DNA of 52,412 nt, taken from IMG/VR virus record IMGVR_UViG_3300027743_000033, positions 1-52,412 of that record; one strand, given 5' to 3'. Positions 7,956 to 16,890 of the stretch are shown piece after piece (position 1 is the stretch's first letter; each line of letters opens with the position of its first letter). A program made the translations under genes and the position numbers. The notes under the pieces are model-generated. The model did not search any database. It was not told where the DNA came from and saw nothing but the letters and a program-made list of their open reading frames with translations. Source of the DNA: a virus. Taxonomy: Duplodnaviria > Caudoviricetes.

Positions 7956-10473
7956 CGGACTCCTCCGAAAGATCGCCATAGAGGTGCTGCGCGGGCCCGA
8001 CCACGCCGCGCATGATGAGATCAGCAAGCGCCAGGGATTTGAGTTTGTTTTTAATGGATGGGATCGAGAACTGGTAATGGAACCAGGGCCGGTCCAGGGG
8101 TCCGTTGTTTTCGGTGGAATGCGAGCCAGTCAGTCCACACATCTTGGCGGCGGCGGTGTACACCGCTTTGCTGGTTGGTCCGATGATAACCCGATAGTCA
8201 AACCCCTGCTTTGTCAGCTCCGCAAGCAGCGCATTGCGGACATTGGTAAGGACTCCGGGTTTCCCGTCGGCCGCGATCAGTTGCCGTATCTTGGTCACCG
8301 CCCTGAAATGCTGCTGGTCGTATTTTCGTTTCTGTTGTGCAACGAGCTTGCGGATGTTCGGGTCGGTACCGATCAACTCAGCGAGAGCCGGATCATTGCT
8401 GCCGTCACGCAAGTACCAGTCGCATAATTCATCAGTCGTGTAATCGGCAATGTCTTTGGGAGCCTCGCTCGATATTGGCCTGAGAATATCGAAACGCGGC
8501 TGCAAGATTGTCTCTCTGTAATCGCGACTGGTAAGCACTTGTCGGATGTGCTCTTCAGCGGATTCAGTCCGGCTTTCCGATTGCGGATCCGGCAGTGAGC
8601 ACACAATCTTACCAACATCCTCCGGCGTTACTTGCTTTCCTTGCTTTATGAGCGAGCCCAACTCGTTGTCGATTTGCAATCGGTCCATGAGAGTGAACGG
8701 TGCGTTCGCGTCCACAGGCCCCTCGATCGGCTCGATCTCCAGGCCCTTCATCAGATCGCTCCACGACAGCAGCCCGGAAGTCTCCAGCCTGGCGTCCATT
8801 TGCAATATGAATTCCCAGGCGTCCGCCGCGGCGCTGGGGCATTTGTCTTCGTTGCCTGGGTGGGGAAAATACCAGCGAGGATGGCAAAACCAATCGAACA
8901 TCTCAGCCTCGCGCATTTCTTTCAAATGTGCGGGCAGGCGTGATGTGCGGCCAATCGTCTGTACTTGTTCGCTCCAAGAGGCGCTCCGCTTTACGTCAAC
9001 GACGTACTTGAGCCCCCAATGGTTGAGTCCACGCACCGCGATGTCGACCACAAATATGATACGCGACGATCCCGGCACGCAGCGCCCGTTGTTGTCGAGC
9101 GCGAGCATGAATGGATGTTTCATGTCGGGATTGTTGTAGAACAGACTCGATTCATTCTTCGGGCGGTTGTGTTCACTCGACTTCTTACCGCCAGTAATTG
9201 ATTTGCTGCTTACCATATAGGTCGGGTACCAACCATCGTTGGGAGATAGCCCCATAAGCGATAGGTCTAACGCCGTCTGCTGGCATAACTCGATTGCTTC
9301 ATCGATTCCGTTGCAGGCAACAAAGATATGCGGCGAGAACCAATGAGACGACCATTTTTGCCGTATCTCTCGCTCATGTTCGATGCAGTCATGGACTGCT
9401 TGACGTATCGCCGACATGGTCCCCGGCAATGAATACTTTTCCCCATGTGCTCCTTTCTCTAGGTGCTCGACGCCCGAAACGTCCCGGCTAAAGCCGTCAT
9501 GCTTCACAGCCTGCACATAGCCGCGATCCAATGCGGACTGCCATGGCAACATTGGTGCCAGACAGCTATCCTCGCGAAAGACCGTCGAATGACTTGCAGT
9601 CGCCGCCAGGACAAAGTTGTTGCGGATGAATTTGCCATCCGCGTCGATCGGCGCGGCGGTCAATCCGAACTTCAGCGCGTGCGGTGACAATCGCACAAGC
9701 CGGTCGATCTGATCGCGGGCAAAATCGCACTCGTCCCAGATGATGACGTCATATTGCGCAAGCAGCGACTCAATCTCAATGTCGGACCGGCGCTGGTTTT
9801 TGCCTCCCCATAAAGCGTGAGGGCAGGAAATCACTATATCGTGGTGACCTGGGCCACGATCCAAATCGCCAGTTTCATCGCAAATTGTTATGCTGGGCAA
9901 TGTGGCTACCAAACGATGGTTACCGATATCGGCTTTTAGGTCGGACATAAGCTGCCGGCCGATCTGAGATTGATGACAGAACCACAACACCTTTGAGGGT
10001 CGCGGCGAGACCTTCTGACGCCTATTCACTTCCTCGCAAATGGCGAATAGAAATGCCAACATCAGAACGGTTTTGCCGGCACCGCAAGTCAGCGCCAGCA
10101 ACGAGACATTGCCGAGTAGTTTGTTGCGCAAATCACCGATAAACAGCTCGCCATTCTCAAACACATTGTCGACATTGAATTGTTGCGTCTGCCGCAGACC
10201 AGCGTACCTGAAAGCGCCATCAAACCAGCTCTGTTTACTCCATTTTGGATCGTAAGTCATTCCTCTCTCCTGGTTTGCTTTTCTACAGATTAATCGGCAG
10301 TTTGCTAAACTGGTTTCTCCTCCCAACCCGCGTGAATTGACGTGGTCAACTTCAAGGCGGCTGTCGCACTGAGTTGCGCAGCAAATCTCACACTGCCCTT
10401 TGGACCGCGCCAATAATGCGGCCCAGGTCGTGAGGTTCATGTCATTTGGTTTGTGGGGTAGTATCCATTTCAT
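7945..10473 (-). CDS. HNH nuclease - SF2 (DExD/H) helicase fusion
   Basis: N-terminal CEIC..EVDHV..GG..NCRLIC..N, followed by TCGAGKT, DECD, TAAP, DIAVRGLN and QTIGRTSR. Confidence 0.82.
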   Translation of the reverse strand: MKWILPHKPNDMNLTTWAALLARSKGQCEICCATQCDSRLEVDHVNSRGLGGETSLANCRLICRKANQERGMTYDPKWSKQSWFDGAFRYAGLRQTQQFNVDNVFENGELFIGDLRNKLLGNVSLLALTCGAGKTVLMLAFLFAICEEVNRRQKVSPRPSKVLWFCHQSQIGRQLMSDLKADIGNHRLVATLPSITICDETGDLDRGPGHHDIVISCPHALWGGKNQRRSDIEIESLLAQYDVIIWDECDFARDQIDRLVRLSPHALKFGLTAAPIDADGKFIRNNFVLAATASHSTVFREDSCLAPMLPWQSALDRGYVQAVKHDGFSRDVSGVEHLEKGAHGEKYSLPGTMSAIRQAVHDCIEHEREIRQKWSSHWFSPHIFVACNGIDEAIELCQQTALDLSLMGLSPNDGWYPTYMVSSKSITGGKKSSEHNRPKNESSLFYNNPDMKHPFMLALDNNGRCVPGSSRIIFVVDIAVRGLNHWGLKYVVDVKRSASWSEQVQTIGRTSRLPAHLKEMREAEMFDWFCHPRWYFPHPGNEDKCPSAAADAWEFILQMDARLETSGLLSWSDLMKGLEIEPIEGPVDANAPFTLMDRLQIDNELGSLIKQGKQVTPEDVGKIVCSLPDPQSESRTESAEEHIRQVLTSRDYRETILQPRFDILRPISSEAPKDIADYTTDELCDWYLRDGSNDPALAELIGTDPNIRKLVAQQKRKYDQQHFRAVTKIRQLIAADGKPGVLTNVRNALLAELTKQGFDYRVIIGPTSKAVYTAAAKMCGLTGSHSTENNGPLDRPWFHYQFSIPSIKNKLKSLALADLIMRGVVGPAQHLYGDLSEESDVA

Positions 10474-10487
10474 TGAGCACCTTCGCC

Positions 10488-11009
10488 CTATCGTTTGCGA
10501 GCCAAGGTGCGATGAGGACCGCGAGCCACCGCGCGAAGCGCATCACCTTGCTCGCGATAAAATTCCTCGTCCTGAACAAGAAGGGCATCCGCACGGCCGA
10601 TGGCGGCGGAGAGCGCGGTGTCAGCATCGATCGCCTCCCTGAGCCTGCGGCGCGCCGCGCGTTGCAGCCGCTGCGCATCGATCGCGGCGAAATAAGCCTT
10701 GACCCGCCGCCACCAGACAGGCTCGGCGTCAGCCATCAGTGCGACCAGGAAATCGAGCCCGCGTTCGGAGCGGATCAGTGCCGCCAGCGCGTCCGTCGAT
10801 AGCGTGCGCTCGCCTGCAAGCCATCGTTCGGCGGTGCGGAGCGAAGCACCTGTAAGCTCTGCTAATTCGGCCGCCGTCTTGCGCGGCCACAAGCTGCGCG
10901 CTGCGAGCATGACGGGCGAAATCGACCGGCGCTTTGGTCGGTCATTACCGACCAGTTGGCCGGTGACGGAATTTGCGTTCCGGCGCCCGCCGATGCTGAT
11001 GGCGCTCAT
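10488..11009 (-). CDS. CII-like HTH regulatory protein
   Basis: KTAAELAELTGASLRTAERWLAG HTH, directly after cro. Confidence 0.6.
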   Translation of the reverse strand: MSAISIGGRRNANSVTGQLVGNDRPKRRSISPVMLAARSLWPRKTAAELAELTGASLRTAERWLAGERTLSTDALAALIRSERGLDFLVALMADAEPVWWRRVKAYFAAIDAQRLQRAARRRLREAIDADTALSAAIGRADALLVQDEEFYREQGDALRAVARGPHRTLARKR

Positions 11010-11227
11010 GATGTCGCCTCAGCGCCTACGTGCAACTTCATCAGTGTGTCCGCAGTTATGCCGCTTAATTTGCGGGCCTTTGCTGCCGCAAGGATATTTG
11101 GCCAATATTCGACTGGAATGCTGCCGCGCACCCGCATCGTCTGGGCGTGCGTGGGTTTGATCCCGATGTCCCGAGCAAATTCCGCGACCGTGGGCCAAAG
11201 ATTCATAAGGTCGTCGATCGTGTGCAT
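11006..11227 (-). CDS. Cro-like repressor
   Basis: 73-aa HTH protein MHTIDDLMNLWPTVAEFARDIG...RGSIPVEYW, divergent from cI. Confidence 0.8.
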   Translation of the reverse strand: MHTIDDLMNLWPTVAEFARDIGIKPTHAQTMRVRGSIPVEYWPNILAAAKARKLSGITADTLMKLHVGAEATS

Positions 11228-11235
11228 GGCGGCTA

Positions 11236-11279
11236 TTGCTACAATGTGTAGCACACGGGGTCAACTACCAACTGTAGCA
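11236..11279 (-). promoter_or_regulatory. OR/PR: two 17-bp operators (11237-11253, 11263-11279) overlapping a TTGACC-N17-TAGCAA promoter
   Basis: TGCTACAATGTGTAGCA has perfect 7-bp arms; second site is AACTACCAACTGTAGCA. Same layout recurs at 14781-14824. Confidence 0.82.
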
Positions 11280-11608
11280 ACATGAATCCTAGTGTGGTAA
11301 GCATGTCCACACGAGGGGAACGACTGCGAGAAGCGCGGATTGCGGCCGGCTATGGATCGGCTAGCGCAGCCGCGACCGCACTGGGCATCTCTCGTTCGAC
11401 TTACAATGCACATGAGCGCGCCGAGGAGCCCGGTGGAAGAGATTATGGCCCAGAGGATGCGGATCGTTATGGACGGAAGTTCAATGTCTGTTGCGCGGCG
11501 TGGAAAATTGCCCCCCGTCTGGGGGTGATCGGCGTCGAAAACTGACCCCTTACCCCTTGGTCTGAAGATGACCTCTGGTGCGTTCATCGCATGAGAGGCG
11601 AGACGAGG

Positions 11609-13171
11609 ATGGTGACGGTGGAGACGATTGGCAAAGTTCGGCGGGCCTACTGGGTTCAGAAGAAGAAGATCAAGGCGATTGCGCGTGAGCTGAAGCTGGC
11701 GCGGAACACCGTGCGGTCGATCGTGCGGAGCGGAGAGACGGCGCCGGTCTACCTACGCAAGGCGCAGCCGCTGCCGAAGCTTGGGCTTTTTGTCGAGCCG
11801 CTCGATAAGTTGCTTGAAGAGAATGCAGGCAAGTCCAAGCGCGAGCGGCTGACGACGAAGAGGGTGTTCGAGAAGCTGCAGCAGGAAGCAGGCTATGCGG
11901 GCGGCTACGACGCAGTTCGCCGGTACGCACAGCGCTGGCGCCAACAGCATGCGGCAGCAACTGCGGCGGCGTTTGTGCCGCTCTCGTTTGCGCCAGGGGA
12001 GGCCTATCAATTCGACTGGAGCCACGAGATCGTGATCCTCGACGGCGTGACGGTCGAGGTGAAGGTGGCGCACATGCGGCTCTGCCACAGCCGGATGCCG
12101 TTCGTGCGGGCCTACCTGCGCGAGGCCCAGGAGATGGTATTCGACGCCCACGACACGGCGTTTGCCTTCTTCAAGGGAGCCTGCCAGCGGGGCATCTACG
12201 ACAACATGAAAACGGCTGTTGACGCGATCTATGTGGGCAAGGATCGAGCGTTCAACAGGCGCTTCCTACAGATGTGCAGCCACTACTTGGTCGAGCCCAC
12301 GGCGTGCACGCCTGGTGCCGCGTGGGAAAAGGGCCAGGTCGAGAAGCAGGTGGATAATCTTCGCACGGCCGTGTTCATGCCCAGGCCGCGGTTCAAGAGC
12401 TTGGAAGACCTCAACGCCTGGCTGCTCGCGGAGTGTATTGCCTGGGCCAGAAAGCAGGCTCACCCGGAGTTCCAAGACCAGACGATCTTCGAGGTGTTCG
12501 AGGCTGAGCGCAAGAATCTGGTCGGCTATCGAGGTCCTTTTGATGCCTACCGCTCGATCTCGGCGTCGGTGTCAAAGACGTGTCTGGTCCGCTTCGACAA
12601 CAACAAATACTCGGTAATGGCCAAGGCCGTCGGCCGTCCGGTCGATATCTACGCCTATGCGGACAGCGTCGTACTCAAGCAGGACGGCGAGGTCGTCGGC
12701 GAGCATCCGCGCTCATTCGCCCGCAACAAGACCCAATACGATCCGTGGCACTACGTGCCGGTGCTGGCGAGGAAGCCCGGGGCCATGAGGAACGGGGCGC
12801 CGTTCAAGGACTGGGAACTGCCCGGCGCGCTCGGCCGGGTGAGAGCCAAGCTCAAGGGCGTAACGGATGGCGATCGCCAGATGGTCGATATCCTCACCAC
12901 GGTGCTCACCGACGGGCTTGCTGCGGTGGAGGCGGCGTGTGCGGAGGCTTTTGCCGGTGGGACGCATAGCGCGGACGTCATCTTGAACATCCTGGCGCGA
13001 CGCAGCGAGCCGACACCATCCCCAGCCGTTGCTACACCGGCGCAACTGCATCTGGCGGTGCCGCCACGGGCTGATTGCGCTCGCTATGATGGCCTACGGC
13101 CGCTGCCGACCCACCCCACCGCTGCGCTTGTCGAAGCCGCCACCGTGGGAGGTACTCATGGAGCGGTCTGA
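11609..13171 (+). CDS. istA: IS21 transposase IstA
   Basis: N-terminal HTH; [17 protein letters not shown] and EKGQVE (DDE motifs). Confidence 0.96.
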   Translation: MVTVETIGKVRRAYWVQKKKIKAIARELKLARNTVRSIVRSGETAPVYLRKAQPLPKLGLFVEPLDKLLEENAGKSKRERLTTKRVFEKLQQEAGYAGGYDAVRRYAQRWRQQHAAATAAAFVPLSFAPGEAYQFDWSHEIVILDGVTVEVKVAHMRLCHSRMPFVRAYLREAQEMVFDAHDTAFAFFKGACQRGIYDNMKTAVDAIYVGKDRAFNRRFLQMCSHYLVEPTACTPGAAWEKGQVEKQVDNLRTAVFMPRPRFKSLEDLNAWLLAECIAWARKQAHPEFQDQTIFEVFEAERKNLVGYRGPFDAYRSISASVSKTCLVRFDNNKYSVMAKAVGRPVDIYAYADSVVLKQDGEVVGEHPRSFARNKTQYDPWHYVPVLARKPGAMRNGAPFKDWELPGALGRVRAKLKGVTDGDRQMVDILTTVLTDGLAAVEAACAEAFAGGTHSADVILNILARRSEPTPSPAVATPAQLHLAVPPRADCARYDGLRPLPTHPTAALVEAATVGGTHGAV

Positions 13172-13886
13172 GATCCTGGAGATGATGGGCCAACTGCAGC
13201 TGTCTGGCATGCGGGGGGCTTACGACGAAATCGTCACAGCGGGCATCAAGCGCAGCCACGGGATCGAGCGCGTCATTGGTGCCTTGCTCAAGGCCGAGAT
13301 CGCGGAGAAGGAGGCGCGCTCGATTCGCTACCAGATGGGGATCGCCAAGCTGCCGCTCGCCAAGGAGCTTGCCGAGTTCACCTTTGCCGGCACGCCGATC
13401 AACGAGCAACTGGTGCGCGACCTGGCGGGCGGCGGCTTCCTTGCTCAGCAGCGCAACGTCGTGGCGATCGGTGGAACTGGCACCGGCAAGACGCATCTTT
13501 CTATCGCCATCGCGAGAAGCTGCATTCGTGCGGGCAAGAAGACGCGCTTCTTCAACGTCATCGATCTCGTCAACAAGCTCGAGGCCGAGGTCAAGCTCGG
13601 TCGGGCCGGCCGCATCGCCGACGGGTTGACACGCGTCGACCTGGTGATCCTCGACGAACTGGGCTATCTGCCATTTGCCCAGAGTGGCGGCCAACTGCTG
13701 TTCCACCTGATCAGCCGCCTCTACGAGCGCACCTCTATCATTGTCACCACAAACCTTGCTTTCGCCGAGTGGCCGACCGTATTCGGCGACGCCAAGATGA
13801 CGACCGCACTGCTCGACCGGCTCACGCACCACTGCGACATCATCGAGACCGGCAACGACAGCTGGCGCTTCAAGAACCGCAATTGA
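13158..13886 (+). CDS. istB: IS21 helper ATPase IstB
   Basis: [34 protein letters not shown]. Confidence 0.96.
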   Translation: MERSEILEMMGQLQLSGMRGAYDEIVTAGIKRSHGIERVIGALLKAEIAEKEARSIRYQMGIAKLPLAKELAEFTFAGTPINEQLVRDLAGGGFLAQQRNVVAIGGTGTGKTHLSIAIARSCIRAGKKTRFFNVIDLVNKLEAEVKLGRAGRIADGLTRVDLVILDELGYLPFAQSGGQLLFHLISRLYERTSIIVTTNLAFAEWPTVFGDAKMTTALLDRLTHHCDIIETGNDSWRFKNRN

Positions 13887-14583
13887 CGCGCTTGCCCGCT
13901 CCGGCCAAGCGCCCACATGATCGCTGCCCGACTTGCACTTAGCCTGCCAGCGTGCTCGCCACCGGCAAGGTGCGGCCTGGCGACGGCGGAGTGTGCCGCA
14001 CGGTTGGAGCGACGGCCGACCTTGACGGCGTCTGCGCGCGCTGGCCGCGCGCGATCGCAAGGTCGGGGCGAAGGAACGCGCCAGATCGAACAAAGGAACT
14101 GCACTGTAGAACGGCGCCAAGTTCTGACCCCTCATCAGCATCAATCCTGACCCAAAAAAACGACCGACACTTGAGGCTGAAGCTGCGCAGCTTCGGGCTC
14201 AAATGGCCGAAAACTCATGCGCAGGAGGGTCAAATTTGCACGCCGATCGGGGGTCAACTTCGGACGCCGATTGACATCAATGTCTCGGATGCCTATTTGT
14301 TGACCGGAAAAAACTTGGTGCCACCCGATGCCTTCAAGAGATCAAAGCCTGTGCCAATGCTGATCGTCATTAAGGCTGAATTTGATCCCGACTCCGAATC
14401 CTGGTGGGCCACCGCGGATATTGACGATCGCCACGCGTTAGCAACTGGTGCTCCTACATTGAACGAATTGCTGGAACGAATCCCAATTGTGCTGCGAAGT
14501 CTTTTGGCAGAAGCGTACCCGGACACGGAAATTCCGTTCAGCATCGTGGCCCACAAATTCAGCGTCGTGAACACGCGCGTGGC

Positions 14584-14778
14584 ATGAATAATTTTACCCC
14601 GGCGTTAAAAAAACTTCTGCGTGAAGCCGGTTGTTTTGTCGTCAGATCGGGGAAGGGCGACCATGAAATCTGGGAAAGCCCGGTTTCCAACAAGCGCTTC
14701 CCGGTCGACAGCAAGATTGCATCCCGCCACTTGGCGAACGCAGTGCTGAAACAAGCCGGATTAGCCAAACAATTTTGA
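14584..14778 (+). CDS. hicA: HicA-family mRNA interferase toxin
   Basis: 64 aa, LKKLLREAGC..VRSGKGDHEIW...ANAVLKQAGL with the catalytic His. ATGA-coupled to the cI-HicB gene. Confidence 0.9.
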   Translation: MNNFTPALKKLLREAGCFVVRSGKGDHEIWESPVSNKRFPVDSKIASRHLANAVLKQAGLAKQF

Positions 14779-14780
14779 AT

Positions 14781-14824
14781 TGCTACAAAACGTAGTTGAC
14801 GGCCTCTGCTACGTAGTGTAGCAC
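14781..14824 (+). promoter_or_regulatory. OL/PL: two 17-bp operators (14781-14797, 14807-14823) overlapping a TTGACG-N17-TAGCAC promoter
   Basis: TGCTACAAAACGTAGTT and TGCTACGTAGTGTAGCA, with spacing identical to OR/PR. Confidence 0.82.
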
Positions 14825-14852
14825 TGCTCCCCACGTTCACCGGGAGCCGCCC

Positions 14853-15077
14853 ATGCCGAAACTCCACGACCTCGAAGTCTTCGTCTGCCTCAACGAGGAC
14901 GGCGATTACGTCGCCGATATCGACGCCGATATCGCGCTGTCCCAGTGCCAAGAAAGCATGGGCGGCCAAGCATTCAGGACCGTCAAATTGATGGTGACCA
15001 TGGCGGCGCCCGAAATCGCCGCCGTCGCGGTCCGCGTGCCGGACGAGGCGGGCGAGACCGTCGCGGTGGGGGCGTAG
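14853..15077 (+). CDS. Hypothetical protein, first gene of the PL operon
   Basis: GGGAG RBS and phage-like codon usage. Confidence 0.7.
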   Translation: MPKLHDLEVFVCLNEDGDYVADIDADIALSQCQESMGGQAFRTVKLMVTMAAPEIAAVAVRVPDEAGETVAVGA

Positions 15078-15081
15078 GGCC

Positions 15082-15489
15082 ATGAGATCCTACGACGCCT
15101 GGAGGGCGACCAACCCCGCCGACGAGCTGCTCGGCCCTGAGCCGCAGACGGAGCGCCCCGCGCGCCCCGCCCTGTCGCCGCCGCATCAGGCGCACGCCGA
15201 ACTGATCGCCAAGCTCGCGGCGGCGAAGCCCACTGTCATTCGCACCGCCCGCGGCGCCGACGAAACCGACATCGGGCTGCGCGAGATGCACGTCCGCGCG
15301 GTGACCGGAAATTACCTCAAGTATCTCAAAGCGGTGGTCGAGGATCTCAACCAGCACCTCGTCGCCGGCGAGAAGGTCGACTGCCAGCAGTTCGTGTCGG
15401 CGTTTGTCGATGTCGCCGCCGACTATCTCTACGCGCCAATACGCGCGGCTGCCAACGCGACCGAAGCCGAGCGGGAGTGGATCGCATGA
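15082..15489 (+). CDS. Hypothetical protein
   Basis: MRSYDAWRATNPADE start; tightly packed in the operon. Confidence 0.7.
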   Translation: MRSYDAWRATNPADELLGPEPQTERPARPALSPPHQAHAELIAKLAAAKPTVIRTARGADETDIGLREMHVRAVTGNYLKYLKAVVEDLNQHLVAGEKVDCQQFVSAFVDVAADYLYAPIRAAANATEAEREWIA

Positions 15490-15797
15490 CCCCGCTCGCT
15501 TATCGCATCGTGAAGGACATGATGCTGCTGGTGAAACAGAGGCAGGTGCATCTTGAGCCGGAACTGCTCGCGCAATTCCGCGAAGAATTCCACTGCTTTG
15601 AAGTAACGGCCATCAAACAACTGAGTTGGTGCCTGCGCAGCCAGATGCTTCGCAGCTTCCAGCCATCAATCGCCGGTGCATTTCTGCCCGCCGAAAGGAC
15701 TTGGCTCGAATGGTCGGGCGATGGATCGCTCGGCGTCAAGCGGAGCCGCATCGCCGAACCTGACCGGCACCTACACCGTGAAGAGCGATTGAAATGA
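15486..15797 (+). CDS. Hypothetical protein
   Basis: ATGA overlaps at both ends. Confidence 0.55.
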   Translation: MTPLAYRIVKDMMLLVKQRQVHLEPELLAQFREEFHCFEVTAIKQLSWCLRSQMLRSFQPSIAGAFLPAERTWLEWSGDGSLGVKRSRIAEPDRHLHREERLK

Positions 15798-15973
15798 TGA
15801 CGCCCGGATACGCAGTCGATCCGATCATTGGAGCGCTCATTGCCCGTCTACCGGAAGTGGGCAGCGTCTGGCCGGAGACCGAGCGGAACCTATGGCTCGA
15901 TCTCATGCGTCAATGTTTCAAACTGATTTACAAAGATCCGGAGGTGGTTGGACAGGAAGGGCACCCGTCATGA
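15794..15973 (+). CDS. 59-aa hypothetical protein (not in the ORF track)
   Basis: MMTPGYAVDPIIGALIARLPEVGSVWPETERNLWLDLMRQCFKLIYKD...; ATGA-coupled on both sides. Confidence 0.65.
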   Translation: MMTPGYAVDPIIGALIARLPEVGSVWPETERNLWLDLMRQCFKLIYKDPEVVGQEGHPS

Positions 15974-16890
15974 TCGAACGTCACCCCATGACGGACGGAC
16001 GGGTTCACCCGCTCCGGGCGTTCGCCATCACCGGGTCCGTTGGTGGCGGCCTGCTCGGCGTCCATCCCCACTGGACCCCCTATAGCTTGCACATGGTCAA
16101 GGCCGGATTGGTCGCCGACGACGTCGAAGAGACGGCGCCGATGAAGCGCGGAAGGCTTTTGGAGCCTGTCGCGGTTCAGTTGATCCGAGAAGATTACCCC
16201 GCCATTACGCTAGAAGAATACCCGGTAGGGACGTATTATCTCGATCCTGAGGCGCGCATTGGCGCTACGCCAGACGTGCTGGCGAGGGACGCCAAAGGAC
16301 GGCTCGGCGTAATCCAAATAAAAAATGTCGAGCCCTCAATCTTCCGCCGCGACTGGCGCGGAGAGAACGGCGTCGTCGATCCGCCACTGTGGATCGTGGT
16401 GCAAGCCCTCATCGAGGCGTACCTGACCGGCGCCGAATGGGCGGCCGTCGCGCCGATGCGCGTCAGCTTCGGTGTTGAGATCGAACTCATCCCCATCCCG
16501 CTGCACGAAGGCATCATCGATCGGCTGAAATACGAGGTCGCCGAGTTTTGGCGCCGCATCGAGGCGGGAACGCCGCCCGACCCCGACTATGGGAAGGATG
16601 GCGCGCTGATCGCCAAGCTTTTCCCGAAAGACGACGGCAGCGAAATCGATTTGAGCGCGGACAACATGGCGCCGCAGCTCGTGGCCGACCTCGAGCGCGC
16701 GCGCGCCGACAAGAAGGATGCCGAGACGCGCGAGAAGGTCGCCAAAACCGGCATCAACGAGAAGATGGGCCCTGCCCGCTTCGCGCGCCTCGCCGATGGT
16801 CGGCGCATCTCGAACATCACCGTTAATCGCGCAGAATTTTATGTCAAAGCCACCACTTACCGCGCAATCAAAATTTTGGCAGCAAACTGA
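15970..16890 (+). CDS. YqaJ/lambda-exonuclease family recombination nuclease
   Basis: MKRGRLLEP, IGATPDVL, IQIKNV and EFWRRIEAGTPP. Confidence 0.85.
   Translation: MIERHPMTDGRVHPLRAFAITGSVGGGLLGVHPHWTPYSLHMVKAGLVADDVEETAPMKRGRLLEPVAVQLIREDYPAITLEEYPVGTYYLDPEARIGATPDVLARDAKGRLGVIQIKNVEPSIFRRDWRGENGVVDPPLWIVVQALIEAYLTGAEWAAVAPMRVSFGVEIELIPIPLHEGIIDRLKYEVAEFWRRIEAGTPPDPDYGKDGALIAKLFPKDDGSEIDLSADNMAPQLVADLERARADKKDAETREKVAKTGINEKMGPARFARLADGRRISNITVNRAEFYVKATTYRAIKILAAN

Larger units (their letters stand above)
11489..14276 (+). mobile_element. IS21-family insertion sequence, 2788 bp, 8-bp target duplication TCAATGTC
   Basis: TG...CA ends and repeated CGGCGT-N7-TG(A/C)CCC motifs at both ends. 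TSD at 11481-11488 and 14277-14284. Carries istA and istB. Confidence 0.96.
11303..14587 (+). pseudogene. CI repressor (XRE HTH + HicB/DUF1902-like domain), interrupted by IS21
   Basis: 11303-11488 joined to 14285-14587 is in frame: ...YGRKFNV|SDAYLLTGK...MLIVIKAEFDPDSESWWATAD...LATGAPTLNELLERI (162 aa). Confidence 0.85.

Noticed and set aside
11282-11545. A complete short 87-aa repressor
   Set aside because: The last 18 residues are IS-derived, and the TSD shows the gene continues at 14285.
13952-14587. 211-aa ORF from the ORF track as a real gene
   Set aside because: It is a chance read-through from non-coding IS sequence into the 3' half of cI. Only 14285-14587 is meaningful.
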